DNA of 37,208 nt. It comes from Paraphysomonas bandaiensis. Its lineage: Eukaryota; Protista; Chrysophyceae. This document shows positions 34,584-37,208 of the stretch, one piece after another (within the stretch, counting starts at the first letter, position 1; the number at the start of each line of letters is the position of its first letter). The notes below the pieces were generated by a model, which made no database searches, was not told where the DNA came from, and was given only the letters and a program-made list of their open reading frames with translations. The translations under genes and the position numbers were made by a program. The stretch is from positions 1 to 37,208 of the forward strand of contig CBFFRP010000415.1 of assembly GCA_965644295.1 (NCBI GenBank), written 5' to 3'.

Positions 34584-34799
34584 ATTATAATGGCCATTAA
34601 TGCCATTACCATTAATGGCTACCAGGCCCTGAACTGAATTGTATAATAAGATACAAAGATCGTGTATATTTAAGATCTGATAATATTGAATGGTAGTAGT
34701 GAAAGTGTATATTTAGTACGTGACAATGAATGAGGAAAGATGTCGATTATAATTTTACTAATCGATTATTTTTTTGTGTATACAACATTCAGTTACATA

Positions 34800-35340
34800 A
34801 GTATTAACCATTCTATTGTCAAACCCTAATGATAGGATTGGACATTATTTCACTGAAGTTAACTTTGCTCTACTACACGTAAGCCTTAATCTTGCTCTGT
34901 TGAACACAATGCATTTTCAAGTAAGAAATTATGATTAGTAATCTGAACACGTTGCACATATATATAATATGTACAAACTTAAGCATATACAATAGACAAT
35001 AGAGAGACCATAGTGTAAAATGTTCAATAGCTGGTTATTACACTCCCCCCTCCAGCAATCGCATACGCCCGTATGCGGAACGAAGTTCACTGCGAATCTG
35101 AAAGGGCTTCATATCAGTAGCACTGATTCGAAACTCTTTTCCCTCGATCTCAGCATCATAAAGAAGTATTGGACTTAATCTCCGAATAACTTTATAAGGC
35201 CCTTCATATCTTGCTTGTAATTTGGCATTGATTTTATACAACTCCTCATAATCAGCAGATTTAAACATATTAATTGTGCCCTCGTTTCAGAATTTTTAGC
35301 GCTGCCTCCTTACTACCCATGGTTAAATATAACTAAAAGT
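34800..35340 (-). mobile_element. Gypsy 3' remnant: integrase C-terminal GPY segment, PPT and LTR start
   Basis: KLQARYEGPYKVIRRLS...MKPF. PPT GGAGGGGGGAG (35053-35043) is directly followed by TGTAATAACC from 35042. Far LTR end unclear. Confidence 0.75.
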
Positions 35341-35526
35341 ATCTCAAATCTCATAGTAACAGTAGTACTGATACACCACATCATGTACTCCAATGCTTCG
35401 CTTATTTAAACCATCATTGAGATGCTGATGATACCAAGATCAAGACTTATGATACCAGAAGAGACTATAGTGCATCTACCAACTTCACACGAATGCATAA
35501 TGTATGTACTATATTACACACCACAA

Positions 35527-37041
35527 TTAATGAAGGAAAAGGAAGTACATCACAACAACGAAACAGAACACAGTTGCTGTCCGAGTAACCCAATACATGA
35601 CTTCGGCAGCGCTACTAGATTTTCCGATAATTTGTTTCGCCTCCAATAAAACATTTCCTTTTATCAGGGTCGCAGTTCCCGCTGGTGAATTGATTAAATC
35701 CAGCTTGGCAAGAATGTGAGCACACAGCGGCATGCTTGCATGGTGCTTTTCTCCACTATCTACCAGTTCCTTTAGATGATGTCTCAAATAACATGATCGC
35801 TTGGCAACAACGTCAACCACACCAGTGGAAGGAAGTGGGGGCAAAGGAAGACCAGTCAGCATGACAACACAATAAAAAATGGGTGTCGGCAGGACCAGCA
35901 TCATCTCTAGTAGCCATGGGGTGATTAAATTCGAAATAGGCCGAAGGTCAGGTTTCCAGTTTCCTCCGGCAGCAGCTGCGAGCAGAGCCTGGTATCCATC
36001 AGAATACAATACTGCCGTATACTAATACGGATTAAAGACTCACCTCAGAGCTCTCACGAATCATTGCCGCGCAAACCATTCGGAAGTTGGAATTTTGTGC
36101 ACACTCGGCTATTGTATTATTCCCTGTCGCCCCTCGCGCTGAACTTTCTGCCCACAGCACTGTCTGCAATGCAGCAAGAGTATCTAACTGAAGAAGACCC
36201 CAAGAGGAAGCTGTATGTCATTGCGCAATACATGAGAGACGTGTGACTTAAGTTTTGATATACTCACTTGTTAGGGTCTTTTGGAACAAATAAGTGAAAG
36301 GTATGGTCTCCAGCAGATTCACCGCGCCGTCTGATGTCTTCACCATTTCTTTAGTCAATCGCTCCACCACTATACAATTCTTGCCAGTCGCGTGAGTAGT
36401 AGACACTAGAGCCCCTGTCGTGGGATGTGGCACCACTGCAAAGCCAATGACTGTCTCTATGACGGTGAAACCCTTCTTGCCGGACACCCTGCACGCGGCT
36501 CGTCAAAGGAAGAAACATTACACATAAAACATACACTTCTTTGAACTCAGATCCGCCACGAACACCTCTAGACATGCAAAAAAGTGTGATCGCAAGATTG
36601 CTCGACACCATTTCGACAATCTTTTTCCCACACGCTTCACAATCTTCCGAGTTCACACAAACGAAAATGACATGACACTGCCCTAACTTGCACCAATGAC
36701 CATAACTTAAATCTGAACTCTATCCGAAAAGTAAGATATCATATAGCACAAGGTAAACATCTTACAGGAGCTTGAATAGGTTTCGATTTTCCAATCGGAT
36801 AGTACGATATTCTGTCATTGCACAATGCAGATACTGAACTGTTCCCAGCCTGAAATCCTATCAAAGTTGCAACTGCCCAGCCTACTTGAATGTTACCATA
36901 TACACAATCACTTGAGGAGTTCTTACCTGTGGCAACAAGATGAGCCCCTAAATACTTAGCTAAATGAACCGATTCAAGTGACGTGTGCGGTCCATCTGAG
37001 TATATTATTCCAACTTCTACCTTATTAGATGTATTCGACAT
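35527..37041 (-). CDS. Divergent ketopantoate reductase (ApbA/PanE)-like protein with C-terminal TM helix, ~6 exons
   Basis: Five ~45-57 nt GT-AG introns join the ORF pieces into one frame. ApbA-like segments in the right order: YLGAHLVATGWAVATLIG, IFVCVNSED, LFCMSRGV, VIGFAVV, SWGLLQLD, FRMVCAAMIRESSEAL, LKELVDSGEKHHASMP. Family assignment by eye. Confidence 0.6.
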
Positions 37042-37208
37042 GGTAGATTATCACGGTGTGGTATGGGGATCCGGTTATTTAACAGCGTAATACACTATCC
37101 CGGTTATATGTATGCATAATTGCCTCAATGCGACTCGAATCTACAGAGTACTTATAGTAAAACTGGTGTAGAATTGTGCATAAAACCCCGAAGTATGAAA
37201 ATAGAAAA

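Larger units (their letters stand above)
29555..34631 (-). mobile_element. hAT DNA transposon (internally deleted) with TIRs and perfect 8-bp TSD, carrying nested insertions
   Basis: TIRs CAGGGCCTGATAATCATTAATG / CAGGGCCTGGTAGCCATTAATG (19/22). TSD AACTGAAT at 29547-29554 and 34632-34639. CCATTAATG subterminal repeats. Confidence 0.93.

Overview
Eukaryotic genomic DNA with the standard code and short GT-AG introns (mostly ~43-75 nt), so the ORF track splits most genes. A protist origin, plausibly stramenopile, is my inference only. I reconstructed eight host genes by hand-splicing: a tetraspanin-like protein, a Methyltransf_24-like SAM methyltransferase, a single gene with two divergent Rab-like GTPase domains, a METTL21-family methyltransferase with an N-terminal zinc finger, GDP-mannose 3,5-epimerase, a subtilisin (S8) protease fused in-frame to an SLC10/BASS-type transporter domain, eIF2D, and a divergent tail-anchored ketopantoate-reductase-like protein. 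Intergenic space is dense in transposons: Gypsy and Copia remnants, three hAT remnants, and a nested stack (LTR-like > hAT > RNase H-bearing LINE > TIR element) whose three inner levels have readable target-site duplications (TSDs). A short structured retroposon family shares its ~190-nt 3' tail with that LINE. The most novel-looking items are the protease-transporter fusion, the tandem Rab protein and the LINE/short-retroposon pair. All family calls come from motif recognition by eye; no database search was run.
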